Positions 24,711-37,482 of a stretch of DNA of 64,000 bases are shown here, one piece after another (positions within the stretch are counted from its first letter, which is position 1; each line of letters begins with the position of its first letter). Source of the DNA: Octopus vulgaris (Eukaryota); contig OX597827.1 in NCBI GenBank assembly GCA_951406725.2, positions 69,564,001 through 69,628,000 on the forward strand, in the 5' to 3' direction. Under the pieces are notes generated by a model. It saw only the letters and a program-made list of their open reading frames with translations, did not search any database and was not told where the DNA came from. The position numbers and the translations under genes were made by a program.

Positions 24711-25876
24711 ATATATATATATATATATATATAAATGATGGATAGTGCTTTAGTAATTTTACACACACACACACACACACATGTATGTATATATATATAC
24801 ACAATTACACACACACACTGTGAGTAGGTATGAGTGTGTACATGTGTGTATGTGCGTATATATATATATATATATAGATAGTGCTTTAGTCATTTTACAC
24901 ACACACATGTATGTATATGTACACATTTACACACACACACTGTGAGTAGGTATGAGTGTGTACATGTGTGTATATATATATATACACATATACACACACG
25001 TGTGTGTGTAAAATGATTAAAACGAGATCACTTTATATATGTAGATACATTCACACACATACACTGTGAGTAGGTATGAGTGTGTATATATATATATATA
25101 TAATATATACACACGTGTGTGAGTAAAATTACTAAAGCACTATCCATAATTTTATATGTACATGCATACAAACATACACACAAATATACATACATGTACA
25201 CACAAACAAATATGTACACGCAGACACGTACATACACACACACACACACAAACAAACATTTATACACACAAAAGGTGACTAAAACAATAGCTATCAATGC
25301 TGTTGATGATGATGATGCTATCTCCCTACACACACACACACACCACACCACAACCAACAACAACAATATTAATAGCAACAAACACCACTACCAATAATAA
25401 TAATAATAACGATGATGATGATGATGACGATCCCAATAATAAAACGTTAGCAACAACGATTAAGAATGAACCAAAAAAATAATAATAATAATAACCAAGA
25501 AACAAACTAGTTAGTCAGAGGTGATGGCGACAACAGTCTAAAATAAACAGTATTAGTAGTCTTAGTAGTCTTAGTAGGACAATTATTAAACTAAGAATAG
25601 CGAATAATAATTATGAAGATGATAAGACAGCGAGCACAGAGTTTTAAATAGGAGTAAATAGCATTTATTATTAGATAAGACATTAGTGTTGTTATTGTTG
25701 TTGTTAGATTAAAAAAAAATTAATAAAACGTAACAGGAAATAAAAAGAGACAGAATATCAAATTGTAAATGAATACAACAAAGGACTTCCTTGCCAGTTA
25801 TATATATATATGTGTGTGTGTGTATATATATAGAGAGAGAGAGATAGATATACACACACATCTATATCTATGTATC

Positions 25877-25913
<37 letters not shown>

Positions 25914-25965
25914 ATGCGTGCGTGTACAGTTGGTGAGGTCCTGTACCCATATATGCATAAATATA

Positions 25966-26023
<58 letters not shown>

Positions 26024-26163
26024 CATCTATTATTTATATTATATTTGCAAGTATATATATGACATTGTTTACGCTTCGTGTATGTATGTACGTATGTAAT
26101 GTATGTATGTATAAATATATATATATGTGTGTGTGTGTGTGTATGAGTGCGTGTACAGTTATA

Positions 26164-26209
<46 letters not shown>

Positions 26210-26526
26210 CATCTATTATTTATATTAGATTGCCCAAGTATATATATATGACATTGTTTATGCTTCGTGTATGTATATATATATATAGTGTGTGTGGTTG
26301 CATATAAATACACATATCTGCCTTTGTTTATGTTCGTATATATAAATATAGACACACGTATACTTCCTTTAAGTTCGTAGGCCTATGTATGTATATATAA
26401 TGTCTTGGGAGATAAATATAAAAACGTCGTATATAAATATATATATATTTATATCTATATATAAAACACGTATATACATACAGCTTTGTTTATATTTGTG
26501 TATGTATTTGTTTATGTTTCTATGAA

Positions 26527-26581
<55 letters not shown>

Positions 26582-27166
26582 CTTTATGTTTGTATATATA
26601 CCTAAAGATACATGTGTGCCTTTGTTTATATTTGTGTGTGTGTATGTATACATAAATATTGCCTTCGCCAATGTTAATACGTGTGTGAACATCTAGCTTA
26701 TAACAAAGGTGAAAATATAGACACATTCACGTGTGGATGTCTATCGACTCAGGTTTAGTAATATATATACATATATACAATAACATTATACACAGAAACG
26801 TATTGGATTTCGCCTTTAATATTTCCAGGGTACAAAAAAAAAAAAAAACACACTTCAGGCAAACGACCTTTCGTAACTAAATTAAAAATATAAACTTCCG
26901 AAAAGAAAAAAAAAATTAATTTAAAACGGAAATATTGCAAATTTTTTTACCATTCAACAGATTGTACATAAAGCTTTCAGATGGTTTGCTGTTAGGAAGG
27001 ATTTAACGATTTTACAGGCAAAACAAAGGATTATATATATATATTCTGTGTATTTTTTTTATTTGCTTAGCTACAGAAAGAGTTGGAGACCCAGGATTCT
27101 TGCAGACCCCTCTGAGACTGGGTTGTTGATGTTCCGTTATCTATCTATACAGACACAACATATATA

Positions 27167-27568
27167 TCTTTATATATAAAAGTGAAGTTGTGTGTCTGTC
27201 TGTCTCCTACGATTTAGATTCCTAACTACTCCCACATTTTGCGGTGCAGTTTAACCAAAACCGGGTATCTTATAGTCGTGATTCATATCGAGCCCTTCTG
27301 GGTATTAGCGCGCGTCTACGATGAGTCTACGATTTAAAAAATAATTTACCATAATTTTTTTCCATTTTAATGCATTTTTTCACTATTATATAAGGGAAGT
27401 AACTCTCTAAAAATGTCTACGATGAGTCAACGATTTAAAAAAAAATTTACTATTATTTTTTTTCCATTTTTAATGCATTTTTTTGCTAGTTTTTGGCTAT
27501 GACTCTCTAAAAATGCTTATATAGTTATTTCCCTTACAAACCCGAGCAACGCCGGGCGATACTGCTAG
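27167..27568 (+). mobile_element. Non-autonomous Helitron
   Basis: 5' TC (TCTTTATATATAAAAG), subterminal hairpin CCCGAGCAACGCCGGG (27541-27556), 3' CTAG; inserted between A and T. Confidence 0.85.
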
Positions 27569-27687
27569 TATATATATATTCTGTGTATTTTTTATTTGCT
27601 TAGCTACAGAAAGAGTTGGAGACCCAGGATCCTTGCAGACCCCTCTGAGACTGGGTTGTTGATGTTCCGTTATCTATCTATACAGAC

Positions 27688-27743
<56 letters not shown>

Positions 27744-28277
27744 TGTATAAATAAGCAAAGAAAAGAATGGGATCAGGTTCCGTCTCAAAGATGGTTAGAT
27801 GACTAACAGCAAAAAATTAGCTGGAATAGTGTATATGTGTACGTTTGTATGTGTGTATATATATATGCGTGTGTGATAGACGGGAAGTGAGAAATGAAGC
27901 CAAAACGACATGGAAACAAAGCAAGCGTATATAAACAAACCAATTCAAGAAAGAAACAAAAAAAAAAACGGATGACGATGAATGAGAGGAAAATATACAA
28001 GAAAAAAAAAATAAAGGCTAGTTGAGCCATATTCTTACCTGCCAAGCTTGGTAAATCTATCTATGCATATGAAAATATATATAATATATAATATATATAT
28101 ATATTATATATCGATTGATAGATATTGAGAAATAAATATATTGATGACTGGTCTTTTATAGTCTTACGAGCTTCAGGTCGTTCGTATTTTCTCTCATGTG
28201 TCCTGCACACGCGTCTGTCTGAGTATGTGTATGTCTGGCTTCATGTATATGTGTTACGCGTGTGGTGTGTTTATATA

Positions 28278-28332
<55 letters not shown>

Positions 28333-29156
28333 GTTCGCGTGGTATATATAAAAAGTTGAAATGTCCGTATGAATCTCTCTGGCTATCTGTCTCTTTTTCT
28401 TTGTTTCTTTCTTTCTCTCTAATTGAGTGAATGCTGTATGTTGTATGGAGACTTATACGCGCCAGCCTTTGAAGCCAGCCAGTTCCCCCGTTTAGTGTCG
28501 TTTGGTTGGTTTTCTAGGATCACATGTACTCTTCCTTTTTTGTTTGTTGTTGTAGTTGTTGTTGTTTTTCTTTCTGCTTTTTCCTTCTTTCCAGCTACCT
28601 TCGCTTTCTACTGGTTTGCTAATGTTTTACCGTTTTCTTTTTGTTTGTCTTATATTTAAAAAAGAAAGAAAAAATAAATCTGTTTCGTTTTTCAGTCTTT
28701 CAAATAAAAAGTATAACGAAAAAATAAAACTACCCCAAAATAAAAACAAACAGAAGCCAAACAGCCAACCAACTTAACTAACCCAGTCAACCAAGTTAGC
28801 CTAGCGAGCCAACTAAGCTAGACAAAGCAACAACCATCCAAATAGCTATTTTAGTTAGTTAACTCAGCCAAGCTACCCAGAAATGAAAATTAAAATACAT
28901 GCGCGTACACTTGAAATTCAATTGATACACATTGCGTACACGTACACGCATCTATTGTGGTGTGAATATAATTTTTTTTTCTTCTTCCTCTCCCGATTTC
29001 GAGTCAGGATTTTGACAGATGAAAAACAACTGAATGAATGTTTTGTTGTTGTTTAAGATCGAAAATGCGGCTAGAGTTATCTCCGCTTGGCCGTCAAAAC
29101 GTATCTCTGATAAGATAAGGGGGAAACAAAAGCGAATTTAGTGATAAAAGTTAGCC

Positions 29157-29790
29157 ATAGAACTGGTGGAGCGACGGAAAAAAACGGTTTGCGCTATTGC
29201 TATTTAGTATCTATTTCTTTACTACCCACAAGGGCCTAAACACAGAGGGGACAAACAAGGACAGACAAACGGATTAAGTCGATTATATCGACCCCAGTGC
29301 GTAAATGGTACTTATTTAATCGACCCCGAAAGGATGAAAGGCAAAGTCGACCTCGGCGGAATTTGAACTCGGAACGTAACGTCAGACGAAATACGGCTAC
29401 GCATTTCGCCCGGCGTGCTAACGTTTCTGCCAGCTCTTGAAAGCCAAGTCATATAATCTATGATAAAGGGGGAGAAAACCGAAAGTAGTTATAAAAATCC
29501 AACAGGCGGAGTTCTCGTCGAAGTGGGTTCCATGGTATGTTTCGATCAGAAACTCCGCCACTCAACGATATAGAACTGGTGGAGCGTCGGAAAAAACGGT
29601 TTGCGCTATTGCTATTTAGTATCTCCACTTGAAAGCCAAGTCATATAATCTATGAAAAAGGGGGAGAAAACCGAAAGTAGTTATAAAAATCCAACAGGCG
29701 GAGTTCTCGTCGAAGTGGGTTCCATGGTATGTTTCGATCAGAACTCCGTCACTCAACGATATAGAACTGGTGGAGCGTCGGATAAAAATG
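29157..29790. repeat. ~191-bp tandem duplication; first unit carries SINE A (29213-29436, minus)
   Basis: ATAGAACTGGTGGAGCG recurs at 29157, 29570 and 29761. Confidence 0.85.
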
Positions 29791-30412
29791 GCTTGTGTTC
29801 TTACTATTTCCTTTACGTTGTGAATCCAAGTCCAGCGCTGGATTAACCATTAAGCAAAATAAGCACGTGCTTAAGACAGCAAGGGAAAGTGGTGATGATG
29901 GTGGTGGTGGTGGTGGTGGTGGTGGTAGAGGTACCACAGAAATGGTAGATGGTTTATGGCACAAAAGAAATCTCTATAAACTTGCAAAAATGATATTCGG
30001 GATGCCTTTATCTCTACAAAGTATAGAAGCAGACGTTTTTACGTAAGAGTAATTTTGAGATTCTGATAAAAAAAAAACACAAACATTTTACAATCAAAAA
30101 AAGATAAGAGGAAAATTTTTCAAATATGAATAAAGTGGAAGTATATAAAAATAAACATTATTTCTCATCTTACTGTTAGTTTAGTTTCATTTTCGATGAT
30201 AAACAAATATAAAATTCCGATGAAAAGCAAAAATGAATGAACAAAAATAATTACGAAGTGAGGCACGTGGCTGATACCACAAACTACATTCCAACACTAA
30301 ATCTTTTGGTAAACTCTTTAATTTCTCGCTCAAACAAATTCATCTACTCTCAACACTCTTGCTACAGTCGTCCATCTTTTATGGTTTATTATTGTTTACA
30401 TTTCGAATTATA

Positions 30413-31112
30413 TAGGCGCAGGAGTGGCTGTGTGGTAAGTAACTTGCTTACCAACCACATGGTTCCGGGTTCAGTCTTCTACTATAGCCTCGGGCCGACC
30501 TTGGTTGATGGAAACTGAAAGAAGCCCGTCGTATATATGTATATATATTTCAAATATGTGTGTGTGTGTGTGTGTTTGTGTGTCTGTGTTTGTCCTCCCA
30601 ACAATGCTTGACAACCGATATTGGTGTGTTTACGTCTCTTCTACTATAGCTTCGGGCCGACCTTGGTTGATGGAAACTGAAAGAAGCCCGTCGTATATAT
30701 GTATATATATATTTCAAATATGTGTGTGTGTGTATGTTTGTGTGTCTGTGTTTGTCCTCCCAACAATGCTTGACAACCGATATTGGTGTGTTTACATCTC
30801 TTCTACTATAGCTTCGGGCCGACCTTGGTTGATGGAAACTGAAAGAAGCCCGTCGTATATATGTATATATATTTTATATATGTGTGTGTGTATGTGTGTA
30901 TGTTTGTGTGTCTGTGTTTGTCCCCCCAACATTGCTTGACAACCGATATTGGTGTGTTTACGTCCCCGTTATTTAGCGGTTCGGCAAAAGAGACTAATAG
31001 AATAAGTACTAGGCTTCCAAAGAATAAGTCCTGGGGTCGATTTGCTCGACTAAAGGCGGTGTTCCAGCATGGCCACAGTCAAATGACTGAAACAACTAAA
31101 AGAGTAAAAGAG
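30413..31112 (+). mobile_element. SINE B with internal ~160-bp triplication
   Basis: TCTTCTACTATAGC...GGTGTGTTTAC occurs three times between a normal head and tail. Confidence 0.9.
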
Positions 31113-31617
31113 TATGTATGTATGTATGTAAGTGCGGGAATGAAATTTACTTAGCGGGTGCAAGCCCAGTTTTTCAGGAGAATGTTTGTTCAAAGCGTTT
31201 TCATTACCCCTCCAAGAAGTGGGGATGCGCCGGCATTCTTTGTTACCGAGCCAATGTGTGTATGTATGTATGCCTTTGCGTTTGTCCTGTACCATCGCTT
31301 GACAAACGGTGTTGGTTTGTTTGCGTCTACATAACATAGCAAAAGGACACCGATTGAATAAGTACCAGGCTTTAAATATAGAAATAGTTACTGGGCAAAC
31401 TCGTTCGACAAAAAACTCTTCGAGCCGGTGCCCCAGCATGGCCGCTGTCCATTGACTGAAACAAGTAAAAGATAAAAGTTACTCAATGGAACGATAAAAT
31501 CGACAGTAACCCCACCCCCCCACTCCAAATGGGTGGCCTTGAACCTAAGTTAGAAATCATTATTGGCAGAATCGTTAGCGCGCTGGATAAATGTCATGCT
31601 TTATTTAGTTACGGCTC

Positions 31618-32166
31618 GCGAATTTTTTTCCCACGAGAGTTCCGGACCCCAGTTATGAACTCATTTGCATACAGCCAATCAGAGTTCAACTATCAAACTA
31701 ATTTATGCGCGCATAACAAGTGGTGGGCGATAAGATAAGGTCACTTGGTTAAGGAATGACCATGTTTCTTTTCTCTTTTAATAATGCTTGTTGTTCTTGT
31801 TCTTGTTCCAACCATGGCTGCCTCTGCGTAGTTATTTGTGTTGTTGTTTACTTTGTAAAACAGTAAGGGGAGAGGGTTGCTAGCACATCACCCTCTACCC
31901 ATATTTTCCCCATCCACATCTTTACCATAAGGGGCCCTAACAAAATCCGATAATATCTATAGATGCAAATCTATCTAATCACTTGTCTCCTTCTAAAACC
32001 AGGCATAACTTGGCAATCGGTCGACTTACAGCACCGTTTTTCGTCTTGAGTTTACTTGGTAGAGAGAGTTTGTTAACTTGACAACAAGGTCAAGGGGAGC
32101 TCTGATTGGCTGTATGTAAATGAGTTCATTACTGGGGTCCGGAACTCTCATGGGAAAAAATTTTGC
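31618..32166. mobile_element. Mutator/MULE-like non-autonomous element
   Basis: ~70-bp TIRs (GCGAATTTTTTTCCCACGAGAGTTCCGGACCCCAG...) and a perfect 9-bp TSD TTACGGCTC (31609-31617, 32167-32175); inserted in an old SINE head. Confidence 0.85.
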
Positions 32167-32599
32167 TTACGGCTCTTTGCAGTCTGAAGTTCAATTCCCT
32201 CTGAAGTCAAATTTACCTTTCGTCCTTTCGGTGGATTCTTTTACTAGTTTCAGTCATCTGACTACGGCCTTGCTGGAGCACCGCCTTAAAGAGTTTTTTT
32301 TAGTCGAAGAAATCGACCTCAGGACTTATTCTTTGTAAGCCCGGTACTTAGTCTTTTGATCTCTCTTTTGCCGAACCGCTAAGTTACGGGATCATAAACA
32401 CAACAGCATTGGTTGTCAAGCGATGGCAGGTGGACAAACAAACACACACACATATATACAACGGGCTTCTTTCAGTTTCCGTCTGTCAAAGCCGCTCACA
32501 AGCTTTTGATCGGCCCGAGGCTATAGAAGACACTTGTCCAAGTTGCCACTACGCACTGGGACTGAACCCAAAACCATGTGGTTTGGAAGCAAGCTTTTT

Positions 32600-33191
32600 A
32601 TTTCTTTATTGTCCACAAGGGGTTAAACATAGAGGGGACAAACAAGGACAGACAAAAGGATTAAGTTGATTACATCGACCGCAGTGTGTAACTGGTACTT
32701 AATTTATCGACCCCGAAAGGATGAAAGGCAAAGTCGACCTCGGCAGAATTTGAACTCAGAATGTAACGACAGATAAAAGATAAAATACCTATTTCTTTAC
32801 TACCCACAAGGGGCTAAACATAGAGGGGACAAACAAAGGGATTAAGTCGATTATATAGACACCAGTGCGTAACTGGTACTTATTTAATCGACCCCGAAAG
32901 GATGAAAGGCAAAGTCGACCTCGGCAGAATTTGAACTCAGAACGTAACGGCAGACGAAATACCTATTTCTTTATTGCCCACAAGGGGCTAAACACAAATG
33001 GGACAAACAAGGACAGACAGGGGGATTAAGTCGATTATATAGACACCAGTGCGTAACTGGTACTTATTTAATCGACCCCGAAAGGATGAAAAGCAAAATT
33101 GACCTCGGTGAAATTTGGACTCAGAACGTAACGGCAAACGAAATACTGCTAAGCATTTTGCCCGGCGTGCTAACGTTTCTGCCAGCTCACC
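32600..33191 (-). mobile_element. SINE A trimer nested in SINE B head
   Basis: Three units; the host SINE B (32235-32599) resumes at ~33195 with CCTTCTCACCACACA. Confidence 0.85.
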
Positions 33192-33317
33192 GGAACCTTC
33201 TCACCACACAACCACGCCTAACGATAGAATACCATTTATATATAAAGATTGTTTTAACTGACTAGCCATTCCCTTGCTACAAATTTCAGGCCTCGCTCCT
33301 TTATTAGAAACAAATAT

Positions 33318-33745
33318 GGATCTTTTCGGTTTGAACGGCAGTTTTTTTCTAGCGGTGTCATTTGAAATTGTCACCCATAATTATGACCCTAGTATCGATC
33401 TATTGCATTTCAATCTTTTTTAGGGTTAGGGTTAGGGTTAGAGATGGGGGGGAGGGTATCTTTTTTATTCAGAAATGTAAATAAACCCAATCTGTTTCTT
33501 AAACGAGGGACATATTCATTCTTAAACGAAGGACATATTTCACCTCAATAGACGTCATTGATTGGTTGAAATTGCAGTAATTGAAGAAAAACAACAACAA
33601 ATATCTTACAAACTATAGAATTTTCTCAATAAAGCCAAGAGAAAAAGATGTTTTATAAACACATTCTACCAGTATACGAAGTTTAAAAGTGTTTAGTTAC
33701 GTGGAAATTATTTTTAAAAAACTGCCGTTCAAGCCGAAAAGATCC
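33318..33745. mobile_element. GGATC-TIR element 1 with (TTAGGG)n (duplicate at 42496-42925)
   Basis: TIR GGATCTTTTCGGTTTGAACGGCAGTTTTT / AAAAACTGCCGTTCAAGCCGAAAAGATCC; TTAGGG x3 at 33420-33441. Confidence 0.8.
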
Positions 33746-34360
33746 ACTACAACACAGCACAGTTTTTATCAGTGAGCGAATAGTCATAGCTTGGACCGAC
33801 GAAAATTTTGATATCATATTACAAACAATAAACGTTTAAGAGAAGTTAATGGTCATTTTGTGTTTGTAAGTGGCTTTCACGCTACAATCGTCGAATTATT
33901 TTAAAGCTGATGGATATTTTCTGTCCCTTTTTTTTTTTTTTTGCCTTTCCTTTGTCCTTCTTTTATTGCCTTTTTTCGTTCTCTTCTCCTTTTTCTGTTT
34001 CTCTCTCTCTCTCTCTCCTCAGTATGTATATCTTGACCTTTTGAACCCGCGAGTACACTTCAGCAGATGGGATTTCGTTTGACTCCTTCTAGAAAACAAA
34101 AGCGGGTGGCAACGTGGTTTTCTTTTTAAGGCTCGTTCATTAGCAGAAACATCTTAATACAGAGAACCATGCGGCTTCCTGCTTTCTAAAGCATATTCGC
34201 GAGTTTGACCCTTTAAAGCGGAAAGCGGATACATCTGCTCAAACTTACCGTTAACTGGGGAAATGGGTTTTGTCTTAAACCGCTAAATTACGGGGGCGCA
34301 AACACACCAGCATCAGTTGTCAAGCGATGTTGGGGGAACACACAAACATATACATACACG

Positions 34361-34754
34361 TAGGCGCAGGAGTGGCTGTGTGGTAAGTAGCTTGCTAACC
34401 AACCACATGGCTCCGGGTTCAGTCCACTGCGTGGCATCTTGGGCAAGTGTCTTCTGCTATAGCCCCGGGCCGACCAATGCCTTGTGAGTGGATCTGGTAG
34501 AGGGAAACTGAAAGAAGCCTGTCGTATATATGTATATATATATATATGTGTTTGTGTGTTTGTCCCCCTAGCATTGCTTGACAACCGATGCTGGTGTGTT
34601 TACGTCCCCGTCACTTAGCGGTTCGGCAAAAGAGACCGATAGAATAAGTGCTGGGCTTACAAAGAATAAGTCACGGGGTTGATTTGCTCGACTAAAGGCG
34701 GTGCTCCATCATGGCCGCAGTCAAATGACTGAAACAAGTAAAAGAGTAAAGAGT
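34361..34754 (+). mobile_element. SINE family B (duplicate at 43541-43934)
   Basis: Full-length match to family B. Confidence 0.9.
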
Positions 34755-35136
34755 ATACATATATATACATACATATATATATACATATTAGAAGAAATAA
34801 GGAACTCAGAAATCTGGATGGTTTTATATTTACAGATTTTTATTAATATGTCACATGTTTTTATAAACCACATTTTGTCGATTAATTGTATCTATTAACA
34901 TGGTTACAGGAATAACCATCAGATTTAATTACACAGTCAAAGGGTTAATTTTTTTTTGGAAAGACTTCCTCCCCACCCCAATTCTCTCGCAAATTATTGT
35001 TTTTCTTACATTTTTTTGCCAAAAGCCCACGCTTTCGGGTACGGAGATTCCGGAAAATTGCCCCAAATCGGAATTTTGTAATTTTTTGCTCCCTCCCCAA
35101 CTCACCCCACAACTTCTTCATTTTTCATTTTTTACG

Positions 35137-35237
35137 TAACCCTAACCCTAAAACCCCAACCCTAACCCTAACCCTAAAACTCTAGCCCTAACCCAAACGC
35201 TAAAACCCTAATCCTAACCATAAAACCCTAACCCTAA
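35137..35237. repeat. Degenerate interstitial (CCCTAA)n telomere-like tract (duplicate at 44317-44417)
   Basis: TAACCCTAACCCTAAAACCCCAACCCTAACCCTAACCCTAA... Confidence 0.8.
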
Positions 35238-35294
35238 GTAGAAAATTTTTTAGAAATTTTTTCACGCATATTTTTCTTTTTCTTTTTTTTTTCT

Positions 35295-35494
35295 TTCTTT
35301 TTATTTGTTTCAGTCATTTGACTGCGGCCATGCTGGAGCACCGCCTTTAGTCGAGCTTATTCTTTGTAAGCCCAGTACTTATTCTATCGTTCACTTTTGC
35401 CGAACCGTTAGGTGACGGGGACGTAAACACACCAGCATCGGTTGTCAAGCAATACTAGAGGGACAAACACAGACACACAAACATACACACAAAC

Positions 35495-35527
<33 letters not shown>

Positions 35528-35692
35528 TATGACAGGCTTCTTTCAGTTTCCCCTCCACCAAATCTTCTCAGAAGCCTTTGGTGGGCCCGATGTTATAGTA
35601 GAATACACTTGTCCAAGGTGACACGCAGTGGGACTGAACCCGGAACCATGTGGTTGGTTAGCAAGCTACTTACCACACAGCCACTCCTGCGC
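35295..35692 (-). mobile_element. SINE family B (duplicate at 44475-44873)
   Basis: Full-length match to family B. Confidence 0.9.
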
Positions 35693-35950
35693 CTTTTGAA
35701 AAAAAAAATTCTGAAAAAAGTTTAAAATGAAGAATTTAGGTGGGGAGAGGGTAATTTCAAAATGCTGATTTTTACCAATTTTTTTGCAGCTTCGTATTCT
35801 CCGTAGAAAAAAAAATTAAATAAAAAAGGTGTGTTTTTTTTGTGTGCGGGTGTGTGTGTGTGTGTGGTGGGGGTACAAAAGGAAGTCTTGCGGTTTTTTT
35901 TTTGTGTCCTTTTTCAGAATTCAGATTCTTGCTTATCTGAATCGGTGTGC

Positions 35951-36007
<57 letters not shown>

Positions 36008-36211
36008 TGTGTGTTTTCCTTTGAGATTTATTCAATCCTTTGAATGCCAAAAGCGGATATAAGCGCTCAAAATTTTTATTTCCGTTAACCACAGAAAGTA
36101 TTTTTACATCTAAGGCTTTGAAGAAAACTGTCTCCTGCTACGAGTGTTACGAGACCCGCTCCGCAAGCAGTGACACTTTTTACAAGAAAACAGTTTTTCA
36201 GATTTTCTTTA

Positions 36212-36627
36212 TTCTCTCTTTACTCTTTTACTCTTTTACTTGTTTCAGTCATTTGACTGCGGCCATGCTGGAGCACCGCCTTTAATCGAGCAACTCGACC
36301 CCGGGACTTATTCTTTTTGTAAGCCCAGTACTTATTCTATCGGTCCCTTTGGCCGAACCGCTAAGTAACGGGGGACATAAACACACCAGCATCGGTTGTC
36401 AAGCAATGCTAGGGGGACAAACACAGGCACACAAACACACACACGCATATATATATATATATACATATATACGACGGGCTTCTTTCAGTTTCCGTCTACC
36501 AAATCCACTCACAAGGCATTGGTCGGCCCGAGGCTATAGTAGAAGACACTTGCCCAAGGTGCCACGCAGTGGGACTGAACCCAGAACCATGTGGTTGGTA
36601 AGCAAGCTACTTACCACACAGCCACTC
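36212..36627 (-). mobile_element. SINE family B (duplicate at 45405-45820)
   Basis: Near full-length match to family B. Confidence 0.9.
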
Positions 36628-36707
36628 TATTTCTTTTTCATACACTTCATCAAACATTTCTTTACTGAGCAAGAAACAAATACTCTTAGTGGTGGATATC
36701 AGAACTG

Positions 36708-37419
36708 GGATCTTTTCCCTTTGAATGGCAGATCGAGAAATTAATTTTTTTGTAACTAAACATTTTCAAACTTCGGACACTGGTAGAATGTGTCGTATAA
36801 AACATCTTTTACTTTTAGCGTTTTATATTTTATACTTTCAAAGTTATTCCGTTTTACATTTTCAAAGTTATTCCGTGTTAAAGTTGTCGTATTTCGGTAA
36901 TTTCAACCAATCAATGATGTGTATTCAGCTGAACAAAATTACTGCCGTTGTATGTCAACAACAACAACTTCCGTTGGTGTATATTTCGTTTGTCACTGTT
37001 ATTTATGACATATCTCATCTCAGTTACGATTGTATGAATAAACGACTGTATCTGAAGCATGTTTACTTCATGGCACCACCACAATCGTTCGTGCATTTCC
37101 ATTGCTTTTAGTTTTTTCCTGTTTTTCAGCTAATATTTTGGGAAAGACTTTTTGCCCCCTCCCCCTCCAATTTCTTCATTTTTCACTTCTTCACTCAAAA
37201 ATCCCAACCCTAAACCTTGCCCTAAAACCCCAACTCTAACCGTAACCTTAACCCTAACCCTAAAACCTTAACCCTAACCCTAACCCTAACCTTAAAGCTA
37301 AAACCTGTACAAACGCACGAATGATGTCATAAATAACAGTAACAAACGAATTATACACCGCCGATAGTTTAGTTGCAAAAACTTAATTTCTCGATCTGCC
37401 GTTCAAAGGGAAAAGATCC
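36708..37419. mobile_element. GGATC-TIR element 2 with (CCCTAA)n (duplicate at 45901-46612)
   Basis: TIR GGATCTTTTCCCTTTGAATGGCAGATCGAGAAATTAA / TTAATTTCTCGATCTGCCGTTCAAAGGGAAAAGATCC; CCCTAA tract at 37205-37292. Confidence 0.85.
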
Positions 37420-37482
37420 TAGAACCTTATCCACAGGAGGTAGCTGCAAAAATTATTGCAGAAGCAGAAAATATCAATTCTA

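Noticed and set aside
26951-28045. Possible small minus-strand exons (AG..ATG|GTAAAA near 26951-26988; CAG|GTAAGA near 28038)
   Set aside because: Isolated splice-like motifs are expected by chance and cannot be supported without transcript data.
35137-35237. True telomere or chromosome-fusion site
   Set aside because: The tracts are short, degenerate and associated with repeat elements, with no head-to-head TTAGGG/CCCTAA junction.
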